Positions 50,801 through 64,000 of a DNA stretch of 64,000 nucleotides are shown piece after piece. The notes under the pieces are model-generated. The model worked only from the letters and a program-made list of their open reading frames with translations. It was not told the DNA's origin and did not search any database. The translations under genes were made by a program, and so were the position numbers. Origin of the DNA: Eledone cirrhosa (Eukaryota). The stretch is from NCBI GenBank assembly GCA_964016885.1, contig OZ024741.1:244342001-244406000 (forward strand), read 5' to 3'. How positions within the stretch are numbered: position 1 is the first letter of the stretch; the number at the start of each line of letters is the position of its first letter.

Positions 50801-51730
50801 GATCCGCCCACGGGTGGCCGGCCCACGATCGAAAATGTAACTCCGCCGGCAAATCCGCATTTTTGTGATTCGTTTCTTCGAAGCACACCATTCGCCGCCG
50901 GACTTCAGCTTCCACATTTGGCATGTGCAGCTTTTCTTGAAAATCACACCACACACAGCCAATCTGTGTCTGCACATGTACCAGTAATTATAGATCGATC
51001 CGACCAAGGGCGGCCGGCCCACGATCGAAAAGGTAACTCCGCCGGCAAATCCGCATTTTTGTGATTCGTTTCTTCGAAGCACACCATTCGCTGGTGGACT
51101 TCAGCTTCCTCATTTAGCATGGGCAGCTTTTCTTGAAAATCACACCACACTCAGCAAATGTGTGTCTGCACATGTACCAGTAATTACAGATCGATCCGAC
51201 CACGGGCGGTCAGCCCACGATCGAAAAGGTAACTCCGCCGGCAAATCCGCATTTTTGTGATTCGTTTCTTCGAAGCACACCATTCGCCGCCGGACTTCAG
51301 CTTCCACATTTAGCATGGGCAGCTTTTCTTGAAAATCACACCACACTCAGCAAATGTGTGTCAGCACATGTACCAGTAATTACAGATCGATCGGACCACG
51401 GGCTGCCGGCTCACGATCGAAAAGGTAACTCCGCCGGCAAATCCGCATTTTTGTGATTCGTTTCTTCGAAGCACACCATTCGCCGCCGGACTTCAGCTTC
51501 CTCATTTAGCATGGGCAGCTTTTCTTGAAAATCACACCACACTCAGCAAATGTGTGTCTGCACATGTACCAGTAATTACAGATCGATCCGACCACGGGCG
51601 GCCTGCCCACGATCGAAGAGGTAACTCCGCAGGCAAATTCGCATTTTTGTGATTCGTTTCTTCGAAGCACACCATTCGCTGGTGGACTTCAGCTTCCTCA
51701 TTTAGCATGGGCAGCTTTTCTTGAAAATCA
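44679..51730 (+). repeat. 13-monomer (2548 bp) higher-order repeat, two full copies plus a shortened third
   Basis: CATGGGTAG variant at 45442 and 47988 (2548 minus the 2-bp deletion). Matching variant monomers at 46632/49180, 47024/49572 and 47416/49964 in the ORF track. The next spacing, 49180 to 51532, is 12 monomers. Confidence 0.85.
45671..45680 (+). other. 2-bp (TG) deletion giving the only 194-bp monomer
   Basis: AATGTGTCTG in place of AATGTGTGTCTG. The register of all downstream monomers shifts by -2. Confidence 0.93.
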
Positions 51731-54700
51731 CACCACACTCAGCAAATGTGTGTCTGCACATGTACCAGTAATTACAGATCGATCGGACCACGGGCGGCCG
51801 GCTCACGATCGAAAAGGTAACTCCGCCGGCAAATCCGCATTTTTGTGATTCGTTTCTTCGAAGCTCACCATTCGCCGCCGGACTTCAGCTTCCTCATTTA
51901 GCATGGGCAGCTTTTCTCGAAAATCACAACACACTCAGCAAATGTGTGTCTGCACATGTACCAGTAATTACAGATCGATCCGACCTGGGGCGGCCGGCCC
52001 ACGATCGAAAAGGTAACTCCGGCGGCAAATTCGCATTTTTGTGATTCGTTTCTTTGAAGCACACCATTCGCTGGTGGACTTCAGCTTCCTCATTTAGCAT
52101 GGGCAGCTTTTCTTGAAAATCACACCACACACAGCCAATGAGTGTCTGCACATGTACCAGTAATTACAGATCGATACGACCACGGACGGCCTGCCCACGA
52201 TCGAAAAGGTAACTCCGCAGGCAAATTCGCATTTTTGTGATTCGTTTCTTCGAAGCACACCATTCGCTGGTGGACTTCAGCTTCGTCATTTAGCATGGGC
52301 AGCTTTTCTTGAAAATCACACCACACTCAGCAAATGTGTGTCTGCACATGTACCAGTAATTACAGATCGATCCGCCCACGGGTAGCCGGCCCACGATCGA
52401 AAATGTAACTCCGCCGGCAAATCCGCATTTTTGTGATTCGTTTCTTCGAAGCACACCATTCGCCGCCGGACTTCAGCTTCCACATTTAGCATGGGCAGCT
52501 TTTCTTGAAAATCACACCACACTCAGCAAATGTGTGTCTGCACATGCACCAGTAATTACAGATCGATCCGCCCACGGGTGGCCGGCCCACGATCGAAAAT
52601 GTAACTCCGCCGGCAAATCCGCATTTTTGTGATTCGTTTCTTCGAAGCACACCATTCGCCGCCGGACTTCAGCTTCCACATTTGGCATGTGCAGCTTTTC
52701 TTGAAAATCACACCACACACAGCCAATCGGTGTCTGCACATGTACCAGTAATTACAGATCGATCCGACCAAGGGCGGCCGGCCCACGATCGAAAAGGTAA
52801 CTCCGCCGGCAAATCCGCATTTTTGTGATTCGTTTCTTCGAAGCACACCATTCGCCGCCGGACTTCAGCTTCCACATTTGACATGGGCAGCTTTTCTTGA
52901 AAATCACACCACACTCAGCAAATCTGTGTCTGCACATGTACCTGTAATTACAGATCGATCCGACCATGGGCGGTCAGCCCACGATCGAAAAGGTAACTCC
53001 GCCGGCAAATCCGCATTTTTGTGATTCGTTTCTTCGAAGCACACCATTCGCCGCCGGACTTCAGCTTCCACATTTAGCATGGGCAGCTTTTCTTGAAAAT
53101 CACACCACACTCAGCAAATGTGTGTCTGCACATGTACCAGTAATTACAGATCGATCCGCCCACGGGTGGCCGGCCCACGATCGAAAATGTAACTCCGCCG
53201 GCAAATCCGCATTTTTGTGATTCGTTTCTTCGAAGCACACCATTCGCCGCCGGACTTCAGCTTCCACATTTGGCATGTGCAGCTTTTCTTGAAAATCACA
53301 CCACACACAGCCAATCTGTGTCTGCACATGTACCAGTAATTACAGATCGATCCGACCAAGGGCGGCCGGCCCACGATCGAAAAGGTAACTCCGCCGGCAA
53401 ATCCGCATTTTTGTGATTCGTTTCTTCGAAGCACACCATTCGCTGGTGGACTTCAGCTTCCTCATTTAGCATGGGCAGCTTTTCTTGAAAATCACACCAC
53501 ACTCAGCAAATGTGTGTCTGCACATGTACCAGTAATTACAGATCGATCCGACCACGGGCGGTCAGCCCACGATCGAAAAGGTAACTCCGCCGGCAAATCC
53601 GCATTTTTGTGATTCGTTTCTTCGAAGCACACCATTCGCCGCCGGACTTCAGCTTCCACATTTAGCATGGGCAGCTTTTCTTGAAAATCACACCACACTC
53701 AGCAAATGTGTGTCAGCACATGTACCAGTAATTACAGATCGATCGGACCACGGGCGGCCGGCTCACGATCGAAAAGGTAACTCCGCCGGCAAATCCGCAT
53801 TTTTGTGATTCGTTTCTTCGAAGCACACCATTCGCCGCCGGACTTCAGCTTCCTCATTTAGCATGGGCAGCTTTTCTTGAAAATCACACCACACTCAGCA
53901 AATGTGTGTCTGCACATGTACCAGTAATTACAGATCGATCCGACCGCGGGCGGCCTGCCCACGATCGAAAAGGTAACTCCGCAGGCAAATTCGCATTTTT
54001 GTGATTCGTTTCTTCGAAGCACACCATTCGCTGGTGGACTTCAGCTTCGTCATTTAGCTTGGGCAGCTTTTCTTGAAAATCACACCACACTCAGAAAATG
54101 TGTGTCTGCACATGTACCAGTAATTACAGATCGATCCGCCCACGGGTAGCCGGCCCACGATAGAAAATGTAACTCCGCCGGCAAATCCGCATTTTTGTGA
54201 TTCGTTTCTTCGAAGCACACCATTCGCTGGTGGACTTCAGCTTCCTCATTTAGCATGGGCAGCTTTTCTTGAAAATCACACCACATTCAGCAAATGTGTG
54301 TCTGCACATGTACCAGTAATTACAGATCGATCGGACCACGGGCGGCCGGCTCACGATCGAAAAGGTAACTCCGCCGGCAAATCCGCATTTTTGTGATTCG
54401 TTTCTTCGAAGCTCACCATTCGCCGCCGGACTTCAGCTTCCTCATTTAGCATGGGCAGCTTTTCTCGAAAATCACAACACACTCAGCAAATGTGTGTCTG
54501 CACATGTACCAGTAATTACAGATCGATCCGACCTGGGGCGGCCGGCCCACGATCGAAAAGGTAACTCCGGCGGCAAATTCGCATTTTTGTGATTCGTTTC
54601 TTTGAAGCACACCATTCGCTGGTGGACTTCAGCTTCCTCATTTAGCATGGGCAGCTTTTCTTGAAAATCACACCACACACAGCCAATGAGTGTCTGCACA

Positions 54701-57700
54701 TGTACCAGTAATTACAGATCGATACGACCACGGGCGGCCTGCCCACGCTCGAAAAGGTAACTCCGCAGGCAAATTCGCATTTTTGTGATTCGTTTCTTCG
54801 AAGCTCACCATTCGCTGGTGGACTTCAGCTTCGTCATTTAGCATGGGCAGCTTTTCTTGAAAATCACACCACACTCAGCAAATGTGTGTCTGCACATGTA
54901 CCAGTAATTACAGATCGATCCGCCCACGGGTAGCCGGCCCACGATCGAAAATGTAACTCCGCCGGCAAATCCGCATTTTTGTGATTCGTTTCTTCGAAGC
55001 ACACCATTCGCCGCCGGACTTCAGCTTCCACATTTAGCATGGGCAGCTTTTCTTGAAAATCACACCACACTCAGCAAATGTGTGTCTGCACATGTACCAG
55101 TAATTACAGATCGATCCGCCCACGGGTGGCCGGCCCACGATCGAAAATGTAACTCCGCCGGCAAATCCGCATTTTTGTGATTCGTTTCTTCGAAGCACAC
55201 CATTCGCCGCCGGACTTCAGCTTCCACATTTGGCATGTGCAGCTTTTCTTGAAAATCACACCACACACAGCCAATCTGTGTCTGCACATGTACCAGTAAT
55301 TACAGATCGATCCGACCAAGGGCGGCCGGCCCACGATCGAAAAGGTAACTCCGCCGGCAAATCCGCATTTTTGTGATTCGTTTCTTCGAAGCACACCATT
55401 CGCTGGTGGACTTCAGCTTCCTCATTTAGCATGGGCAGCTTTTCTTGAAAATCACACCACACTCAGCAAATGTGTGTCTGCACATGTACCAGTAATTACA
55501 GATCGATCCGACCACGGGCGGTCAGCCCACGATCGAAAAGGTAACTCCGCCGGCAAATCCGCATTTTTGTGATTCGTTTCTTCGAAGCACACCATTCGCC
55601 GCCGGACTTCAGCTTCCACATTTAGCATGGGCAGCTTTTCTTGAAAATCACACCACACTCAGCAAATGTGTGTCTGCACATGTACCAGTAATTACAGATC
55701 GATCGGACCACGGGCGGCCGGCTCACGATCGAAAAGGTAACTCCGCCGGCAAATCCGCATTTTTGTGATTCGTTTCTTCGAAGCACACCATTCGCCGCCG
55801 GACTTCAGCTTCCTCATTTAGCATGGGCAGCTTTTCTTGAAAATCACACCACACTCAGCAAATGTGTGTCTGCACATGTACCAGTAATTACAGATCGATC
55901 CGACCGCGGGCGGCCTGCCCACGATCGAAAAGGTAACTCCGCAGGCAAATTCGCATTTTTGTGATTCGTTTCTTCGAAGCACACCATTCGCCGCCGGACT
56001 TCAGCTTCCACATTTAGCATGGGCAGCTTTTCTTGAAAATCACACCACACTCAGCAAATGTGTGTCTGCACATGTACCAGTAATTACAGATCGATCCGCC
56101 CACGGGTGGCCGGCCCACGATCGAAAATGTAACTCCGCCGGCAAATCCGCATTTTTGTGATTCGTTTCTTCGAAGCACACCATTCGCCGCCGGACTTCAG
56201 CTTCCACATTTGGCATGTGCAGCTTTTCTTGAAAATCACACCACACACAGCCAATCTGTGTCTGCACATGTACCAGTAATTACAGATCGATCCGACCAAG
56301 GGCGGCCGGCCCACGATCGAAAAGGTAACTCCGCCGGCAAATCCGCATTTTTGTGATTCGTTTCTTCGAAGCACACCATTCGCCGCCGGACTTCAGCTTC
56401 CTCATTTAGCATGGGCAGCTTTTCTTGAAAATCACACCACACTCAGCAAATGTGTGTCTGCACATGTACCAGTAATTACAGATCGATCCGACCGCGGGCG
56501 GCCTGCCCACGATCGAAAAGGTAACTCCGCAGGCAAATTCGCATTTTTGTGATTCGTTTCTTCGAAGCACACCATTCGCTGGTGGACTTCAGCTTCGTCA
56601 TTTAGCATGGGCAGCTTTTCTTGAAAATCACACCACACTCAGAAAATGTGTGTCTGCACAGGTACCAGTAATTACAGATCGATCCGCCCACGGGTAGCCG
56701 GCCCACGATCGAAAATGTAACTCCGCCGGCAAATCCGCATTTTTGTGATTCGTTTCTTCGAAGCACACCATTCGCTGGTGGACTTCAGCTTCGTCATTTA
56801 GCATGGGCAGCTTTTCTTGAAAATCACACCACACTCAGCAAATGTGTGTCTGCACATGTACCAGTAATTACAGATCGATCCGCCCACGGGTAGCCGGCCC
56901 ACGATCGAAAATGTAACTCCGCCGGCAAATCCGCATTTTTGTGATTCGTTTCTTCGAAGCACACCATTCGCCGCCGGACTTCAGCTTCCACATTTAGCAT
57001 GGGCAGCTTTTCTTGAAAATCACACCACACTCAGCAAATGTGTGTCTGCACATGTACCAGTAATTACAGATCGATCCGCCCACGGGTGGCCGGCCCACGA
57101 TCGAAAATGTAACTCCGCCGGCAAATCCGCATTTTTGTGATTCGTTTCTTCGAAGCACACCATTCGCCGCCGGACTTCAGCTTCCACATTTGGCATGTGC
57201 AGCTTTTCTTGAAAATCACACCACACACAGCCAATCTGTGTCTGCACATGTACCAGTAATTACAGATCGATCCGACCAAGGGCGGCCGGCCCACGATCGA
57301 AAAGGTAACTCCGCCGGCAAATCCGCATTTTTGTGATTCGTTTCTTCGAAGCACACCATTCGCCGCCGGACTTCAGCTTCCACATTTAGCATGGGCAGCT
57401 TTTCTTGAAAATCACACCACACTCAGCAAATGTGTGTCTGCACATGTACCAGTAATTACAGATCGATCGGACCACGGGCGGCCGGCTCACGATCGAAAAG
57501 GTAACTCCGCCGGCAAATCCGCATTTTTGTGATTCGTTTCTTCGAAGCACACCATTCGCCGCCGGACTTCAGCTTCCTCATTTAGCATGGGCAGCTTTTC
57601 TTGAAAATCACACCACACTCAGCAAATGTGTGTCTGCACATGTACCAGTAATTACAGATCGATCCGACCGCGGGCGGCCTGCCCACGATCGAAAAGGTAA

Positions 57701-60700
57701 CTCCGCAGGCAAATTCGCATTTTTGTGATTCGTTTCTTCGAAGCACACCATTCGCCGCCGGACTTCAGCTTCCACATTTAGCATGGGCAGCTTTTCTTGA
57801 AAATCACACCACACTCAGCAAATGTGTGTCTGCACATGTACCAGTAATTACAGATCGATCCGCCCACGGGTGGCCGGCCCACGATCGAAAATGTAACTCC
57901 GCCGGCAAATCCGCATTTTTGTGATTCGTTTCTTCGAAGCACACCATTCGCCGCCGGACTTCAGCTTCCACATTTGGCATGTGCAGCTTTTCTTGAAAAT
58001 CACACCACACACAGCCAATCTGTGTCTGCACATGTACCAGTAATTACAGATCGATCCGACCAAGGGCGGCCGGCCCACGATCGAAAAGGTAACTCCGCCG
58101 GCAAATCCGCATTTTTGTGATTCGTTTCTTCGAAGCACACCATTCGCCGCCGGACTTCAGCTTCCTCATTTAGCATGGGCAGCTTTTCTTGAAAATCACA
58201 CCACACTCAGCAAATGTGTGTCTGCACATGTACCAGTAATTACAGATCGATCCGACCGCGGGCGGCCTGCCCACGATCGAAAAGGTAACTCCGCAGGCAA
58301 ATTCGCATTTTTGTGATTCGTTTCTTCGAAGCACACCATTCGCTGGTGGACTTCAGCTTCGTCATTTAGCATGGGCAGCTTTTCTTGAAAATCACACCAC
58401 ACTCAGAAAATGTGTGTCTGCACAGGTACCAGTAATTACAGATCGATCCGCCCACGGGTAGCCGGCCCACGATCGAAAATGTAACTCCGCCGGCAAATCC
58501 GCATTTTTGTGATTCGTTTCTTCGAAGCACACCATTCGTTGGTGGACTTCAGCTTCGTCGTTTAGCATGGGCAGCTTTTCTTGAAAATCACACCACACTC
58601 AGCAAATGTGTGTCTGCACATGTACCAGTAATTACAGATCGATCCGCCCACGGGTAGCCGGCCCACGATCGAAAATGTAACTCCGCCGGCAAATCCGCAT
58701 TTTTGTGATTCGTTTCTTCGAAGCACACCATTCGCCGCCGGACTTCAGCTTCCACATTTAGCATGGGCAGCTTTTCTTGAAAATCACACCACACTCAGCA
58801 AATGTGTGTCTGCACATGTACCAGTAATTACAGATCGATCCGCCCACGGGTGGCCGGCCCACGATCGAAAATGTAACTCCGCCGGCAAATCCGCATTTTT
58901 GTGATTCGTTTCTTCGAAGCACACCATTCGCCGCCGGACTTCAGCTTCCACATTTGGCATGTGCAGCTTTTCTTGAAAATCACACCACACACAGCCAATC
59001 TGTGTCTGCACATGTACCAGTAATTACAGATCGATCCGACCAAGGGCGGCCGGCCCACGATCGAAAAGGTAACTCCGCCGGCAAATCCGCATTTTTGTGA
59101 TTCGTTTCTTCGAAGCACACCATTCGCTGGTGGACTTCAGCTTCCTCATTTAGCATGGGCAGCTTTTCTTGAAAATCACACCACACTCAGCAAATGTGTG
59201 TCTGCACATGTACCAGTAATTACAGATCGATCCGACCACGGGCGGTCAGCCCACGATCGAAAAGGTAACTCCGCCGGCAAATCCGCATTTTTGTGATTCG
59301 TTTCTTCGAAGCACACCATTCGCCGCCGGACTTCAGCTTCCACATTTAGCATGGGCAGCTTTTCTTGAAAATCACACCACACTCAGCAAATGTGTGTCTG
59401 CACATGTACCAGTAATTACAGATCGATCGGACCACGGGCGGCCGGCTCACGATCGAAAAGGTAACTCCGCCGGCAAATCCGCATTTTTGTGATTCGTTTC
59501 TTCGAAGCACACCATTCGCCGCCGGACTTCAGCTTCCTCATTTAGCATGGGCAGCTTTTCTTGAAAATCACACCACACTCAGCAAATGTGTGTCTGCACA
59601 TGTACCAGTAATTACAGATCGATCCGCCCACGGGTGGCCGGCCCACGATCGAAAATGTAACTCCGCCGGCAAATCCGCATTTTTGTGATTCGTTTCTTCG
59701 AAGCACACCATTCGCCGCCGGACTTCAGCTTCCACATTTGGCATGTGCAGCTTTTCTTGAAAATCACACCACACACAGCCAATCTGTGTCTGCACATGTA
59801 CCAGTAATTACAGATCGATCCGACCAAGGGCGGCCGGCCCACGATCGAAAAGGTAACTCCGCCGGCAAATCCGCATTTTTGTGATTCGTTTCTTCGAAGC
59901 ACACCATTCGCCGCCGGACTTCAGCTTCCTCATTTAGCATGGGCAGCTTTTCTTGAAAATCACACCACACTCAGCAAATGTGTGTCTGCACATGTACCAG
60001 TAATTACAGATCGATCCGACCGCGGGCGGCCTGCCCACGATCAAAAAGGTAACTCCGCAGGCAAATTCGCATTTTTGTGATTCGTTTCTTCGAAGCACAC
60101 CATTCGCTGGTGGACTTCAGCTTCGTCATTTAGCATGGGCAGCTTTTCTTGAAAATCACACCACACTCAGAAAATGTGTGTCTGCACATGTACCAGTAAT
60201 TACAGATCGATCCGCCCACGGGTAGCCGGCTCACGATCGAAAATGTAACTCCGCCGGCAAATCCGCATTTTTGTGATTCGTTTCTTCGAAGCACACCATT
60301 CGCCGCCGGACTTCAGCTTCCACATTTAGCATGGGCAGCTTTTCTTGAAAATCACACCACACTCAGCAAATGTGTGTCTGCACATGTACCAGTAATTACA
60401 GATCGATCCGACCACGGGCGGCCTGCCCACGATCGAAGAGGTAACTCCGCAGGCAAATTCGCATTTTTGTGATTCGTTTCTTCGAAGCACACCATTCGCT
60501 GGTGGACTTCAGCTTCCTCATTTAGCATGGGCAGCTTTTCTTGAAAATCACACCACACTCAGCAAATGTGTGTCTGCACATGTACCAGTAATTACAGATC
60601 GATCGGACCACGGGCGGCCGGCTCACGATCGAAAAGGTAACTCCGCCGGCAAATCCGCATTTTTGTGATTCGTTTCTTCGAAGCTCACCATTCGCCGCCG

Positions 60701-63690
60701 GACTTCAGCTTCCTCATTTAGCATGGGCAGCTTTTCTCGAAAATCACAACACACTCAGCAAATGTGTGTCTGCACATGTACCAGTAATTACAGATCGATC
60801 CGACCTGGGGCGGCCGGCCCACGATCGAAAAGGTAACTCCGGCGGCAAATTCGCATTTTTGTGATTCGTTTCTTTGAAGCACACCATTCGCTGGTGGACT
60901 TCAGCTTCCTCATTTAGCATGGGCAGCTTTTCTTGAAAATCACACCACACACAGCCAATGAGTGTCTGCACATGTACCAGTAATTACAGATCGATACGAC
61001 CACGGACAGCCTGCCCACGATCGAAAAGGTAACTCCGCAGGCAAATTCGCATTTTTGTGATTCGTTTCTTCGAAGCACACCATTCGCTGGTGGACTTCAG
61101 CTTCGTCATTTAGCATGGGCAGCTTTTCTTGAAAATCACACCACACTCAGCAAATGTGTGTCTGCACATGTACCAGTAATTACAGATCGATCCGCCCACG
61201 GGTAGCCGGCCCACGATCGAAAATGTAACTCCGCCGGCAAATCCGCATTTTTGTGATTCGTTTCTTCGAAGCACACCATTCGCCGCCGGACTTCAGCTTC
61301 CACATTTAGCATGGGCAGCTTTTCTTGAAAATCACACCACACTCAGCAAATGTGTGTCTGCACATGCACCAGTAATTACAGATCGATCCGCCCACGGGTG
61401 GCCGGCCCACGATCGAAAATGTAACTCCGCCGGCAAATCCGCATTTTTGTGATTCGTTTCTTCGAAGCACACCATTCGCCGCCGGACTTCAGCTTCCACA
61501 TTTGGCATGTGCAGCTTTTCTTGAAAATCACACCACACACAGCCAATCGGTGTCTGCACATGTACCAGTAATTACAGATCGATCCGACCAAGGGCGGCCG
61601 GCCCACGATCGAAAAGGTAACTCCGCCGGCAAATCCGCATTTTTGTGATTCGTTTCTTCGAAGCACACCATTCGCCGCCGGACTTCAGCTTCCACATTTG
61701 ACATGGGCAGCTTTTCTTGAAAATCACACCACACTCAGCAAATCTGTGTCTGCACATGTACCTGTAATTACAGATCGATCCGACCATGGGCGGTCAGCCC
61801 ACGATCGAAAAGGTAACTCCGCCGGCAAATCCGCATTTTTGTGATTCGTTTCTTCGAAGCACACCATTCGCCGCCGGACTTCAGCTTCCACATTTAGCAT
61901 GGGCAGCTTTTCTTGAAAATCACACCACACTCAGCAAATGTGTGTCTGCACATGTACCAGTAATTACAGATCGATCCGCCCACGGGTGGCCGGCCCACGA
62001 TCGAAAATGTAACTCCGCCGGCAAATCCGCATTTTTGTGATTCGTTTCTTCGAAGCACACCATTCGCCGCCGGACTTCAGCTTCCACATTTGGCATGTGC
62101 AGCTTTTCTTGAAAATCACACCACACACAGCCAATCTGTGTCTGCACATGTACCAGTAATTACAGATCGATCCGACCAAGGGCGGCCGGCCCACGATCGA
62201 AAAGGTAACTCCGCCGGCAAATCCGCATTTTTGTGATTCGTTTCTTCGAAGCACACCATTCGCTGGTGGACTTCAGCTTCCTCATTTAGCATGGGCAGCT
62301 TTTCTTGAAAATCACACCACACTCAGCAAATGTGTGTCTGCACATGTACCAGTAATTACAGATCGATCCGACCACGGGCGGTCAGCCCACGATCGAAAAG
62401 GTAACTCCGCCGGCAAATCCGCATTTTTGTGATTCGTTTCTTCGAAGCACACCATTCGCCGCCGGACTTCAGCTTCCACATTTAGCATGGGCAGCTTTTC
62501 TTGAAAATCACACCACACTCAGCAAATGTGTGTCAGCACATGTACCAGTAATTACAGATCGATCGGACCACGGGCGGCCGGCTCACGATCGAAAAGGTAA
62601 CTCCGCCGGCAAATCCGCATTTTTGTGATTCGTTTCTTCGAAGCACACCATTCGTCGCCGGACTTCAGCTTCCTCATTTAGCATGGGCAGCTTTTCTTGA
62701 AAATCACACCACACTCAGCAAATGTGTGTCTGCACATGTACCAGTAATTACAGATCGATCCGACCGCGGGCGGCCTGCCCACGATCGAAAAGGTAACTCC
62801 GCAGGCAAATTCGCATTTTTGTGATTCGTTTCTTCGAAGCACACCATTCGCTGGTGGACTTCAGCTTCGTCATTTAGCTTGGGCAGCTTTTCTTGAAAAT
62901 CACACCACACTCAGAAAATGTGTGTCTGCACATGTACCAGTAATTACAGATCGATCCGCCCACGGGTAGCCGGCCCACGATAGAAAATGTAACTCCGCCG
63001 GCAAATCCGCATTTTTGTGATTCGTTTCTTCGAAGCACACCATTCGCTGGTGGACTTCAGCTTCCTCATTTAGCATGGGCAGCTTTTCTTGAAAATCACA
63101 CCACACTCAGCAAATGTGTGTCTGCACATGTACCAGTAATTACAGATCGATCGGACCACGGGCGGCCGGCTCACGATCGAAAAGGTAACTCCGCCGGCAA
63201 ATCCGCATTTTTGTGATTCGTTTCTTCGAAGCTCACCATTCGCCGCCGGACTTCAGCTTCCTCATTTAGCATGGGCAGCTTTTCTCGAAAATCACAACAC
63301 ACTCAGCAAATGTGTGTCTGCACATGTACCAGTAATTACAGATCGATCCGACCTGGGGCGGCCGGCCCACGATCGAAAAGGTAACTCCGGCGGCAAATTC
63401 GCATTTTTGTGATTCGTTTCTTTGAAGCACACCATTCGCTGGTGGACTTCAGCTTCCTCATTTAGCATGGGCAGCTTTTCTTGAAAATCACACCACACAC
63501 AGCCAATGAGTGTCTGCACATGTACCAGTAATTACAGATCGATACGACCACGGGCGGCCTGCCCACGCTCGAAAAGGTAACTCCGCAGGCAAATTCGCAT
63601 TTTTGTGATTCGTTTCTTCGAAGCTCACCATTCGCTGGTGGACTTCAGCTTCGTCATTTAGCATGGGCAGCTTTTCTTGAAAATCACACC
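51537..63690 (+). repeat. 45-monomer (8820 bp) offset duplication: 51537-~54870 is repeated at 60357-~63690
   Basis: Rare variants CATGCACC (ORFs 52512/61332), TTAGCTTGGG (53884/62704) and CACGCTCGAA (54668/63488) all recur at exactly 8820 bp. Confidence 0.88.
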
Positions 63691-64000
63691 ACACTCAGAA
63701 AATGTGTGTCTGCACATGTACCAGTAATTACAGATCGATCCGCCCACGGGTAGCCGGCTCACGATCGAAAATGTAACTCCGCCGGCAAATCCGCATTTTT
63801 GTGATTCGTTTCTTCGAAGCACACCATTCGCCGCCGGACTTCAGCTTCCACATTTAGCATGGGCAGCTTTTCTTGAAAATCACACCACACTCAGCAAATG
63901 TGTGTCTGCACATGTACCAGTAATTACAGATCGATCCGACCACGGGCGGCCTGCCCACGATCGAAGAGGTAACTCCGCAGGCAAATTCGCATTTTTGTGA

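Larger units (their letters stand above)
4695..64000 (+). repeat. 196-bp tandem satellite DNA array, ~302 head-to-tail monomers; putative centromeric/pericentromeric satellite, truncated by the right window edge
   Basis: First monomer is 4695-4890 (CCACACTCAGCAAATGTGTGTCTGCACATGTACCAGTAATTACAGATCGATCCG...CAGCTTTTCTTGAAAATCACA) and the next starts at 4891. ORF-track coordinates step by exact multiples of 196 (4886 to 45458 = 207 x 196; 45848 to 63488 = 90 x 196). One orientation throughout, with no foreign insertion seen. The centromeric role is inference only. Confidence 0.98.

Noticed and set aside
4886-63694. Hundreds of 68-96 aa ORFs (MWCDFQEKLPML..., MLRRNESQK..., MGGQPTIEK...) resembling a tandem small-peptide gene array
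   Set aside because: These are translations of the 196-bp monomer. The 68-aa ORF uses a GTG start and is longer than the monomer, so it overlaps its neighbour and leaves no intergenic space. The common GGCTCAC variant introduces a TGA stop, and variants are largely amino-acid changing.
4695-64000. CRISPR array or diversity-cassette system (constant repeat plus variable segment)
   Set aside because: The variable segment differs only by a few SNPs among about ten recurring types. There are no unique spacers and no cas, recombinase or reverse transcriptase genes.

Overview
The window is entirely tandem-repeat DNA and I find no credible gene. Positions 1-~4696 are a strongly strand-skewed (T/G-rich on +) compound ~20-bp minisatellite built from two related subunits, A = GTTTTTTATTTGGGT(G/A)CCCC and B = GTTTTTTTATGGGGGGGTCC, with a ~0.9/1.8-kb higher-order structure. 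At 4695-4696 it joins abruptly, through a 2-bp CC overlap, to an uninterrupted head-to-tail 196-bp satellite (~302 monomers) that runs off the right edge. That satellite is highly homogeneous, with only one net indel (2 bp near 45675). It is built from about ten recurrent monomer variants arranged in higher-order repeats whose period shifts along the array (8, 11, 10, 9, 17, 13 and 45 monomers), plus multi-kb dispersed duplications and chimeric monomers that record unequal exchange. The monomer is nucleosome-sized, packed with short dyad symmetries, and split into a CpG-dense half and a CpG-free half. This looks like a eukaryotic centromeric/pericentromeric satellite domain from a long-read assembly (inference). 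I could not assign the organism or a named repeat family. All ORFs in the track are by-products of the repeats. I see no evidence for a protein-coding system; any novelty lies in the repeat architecture.
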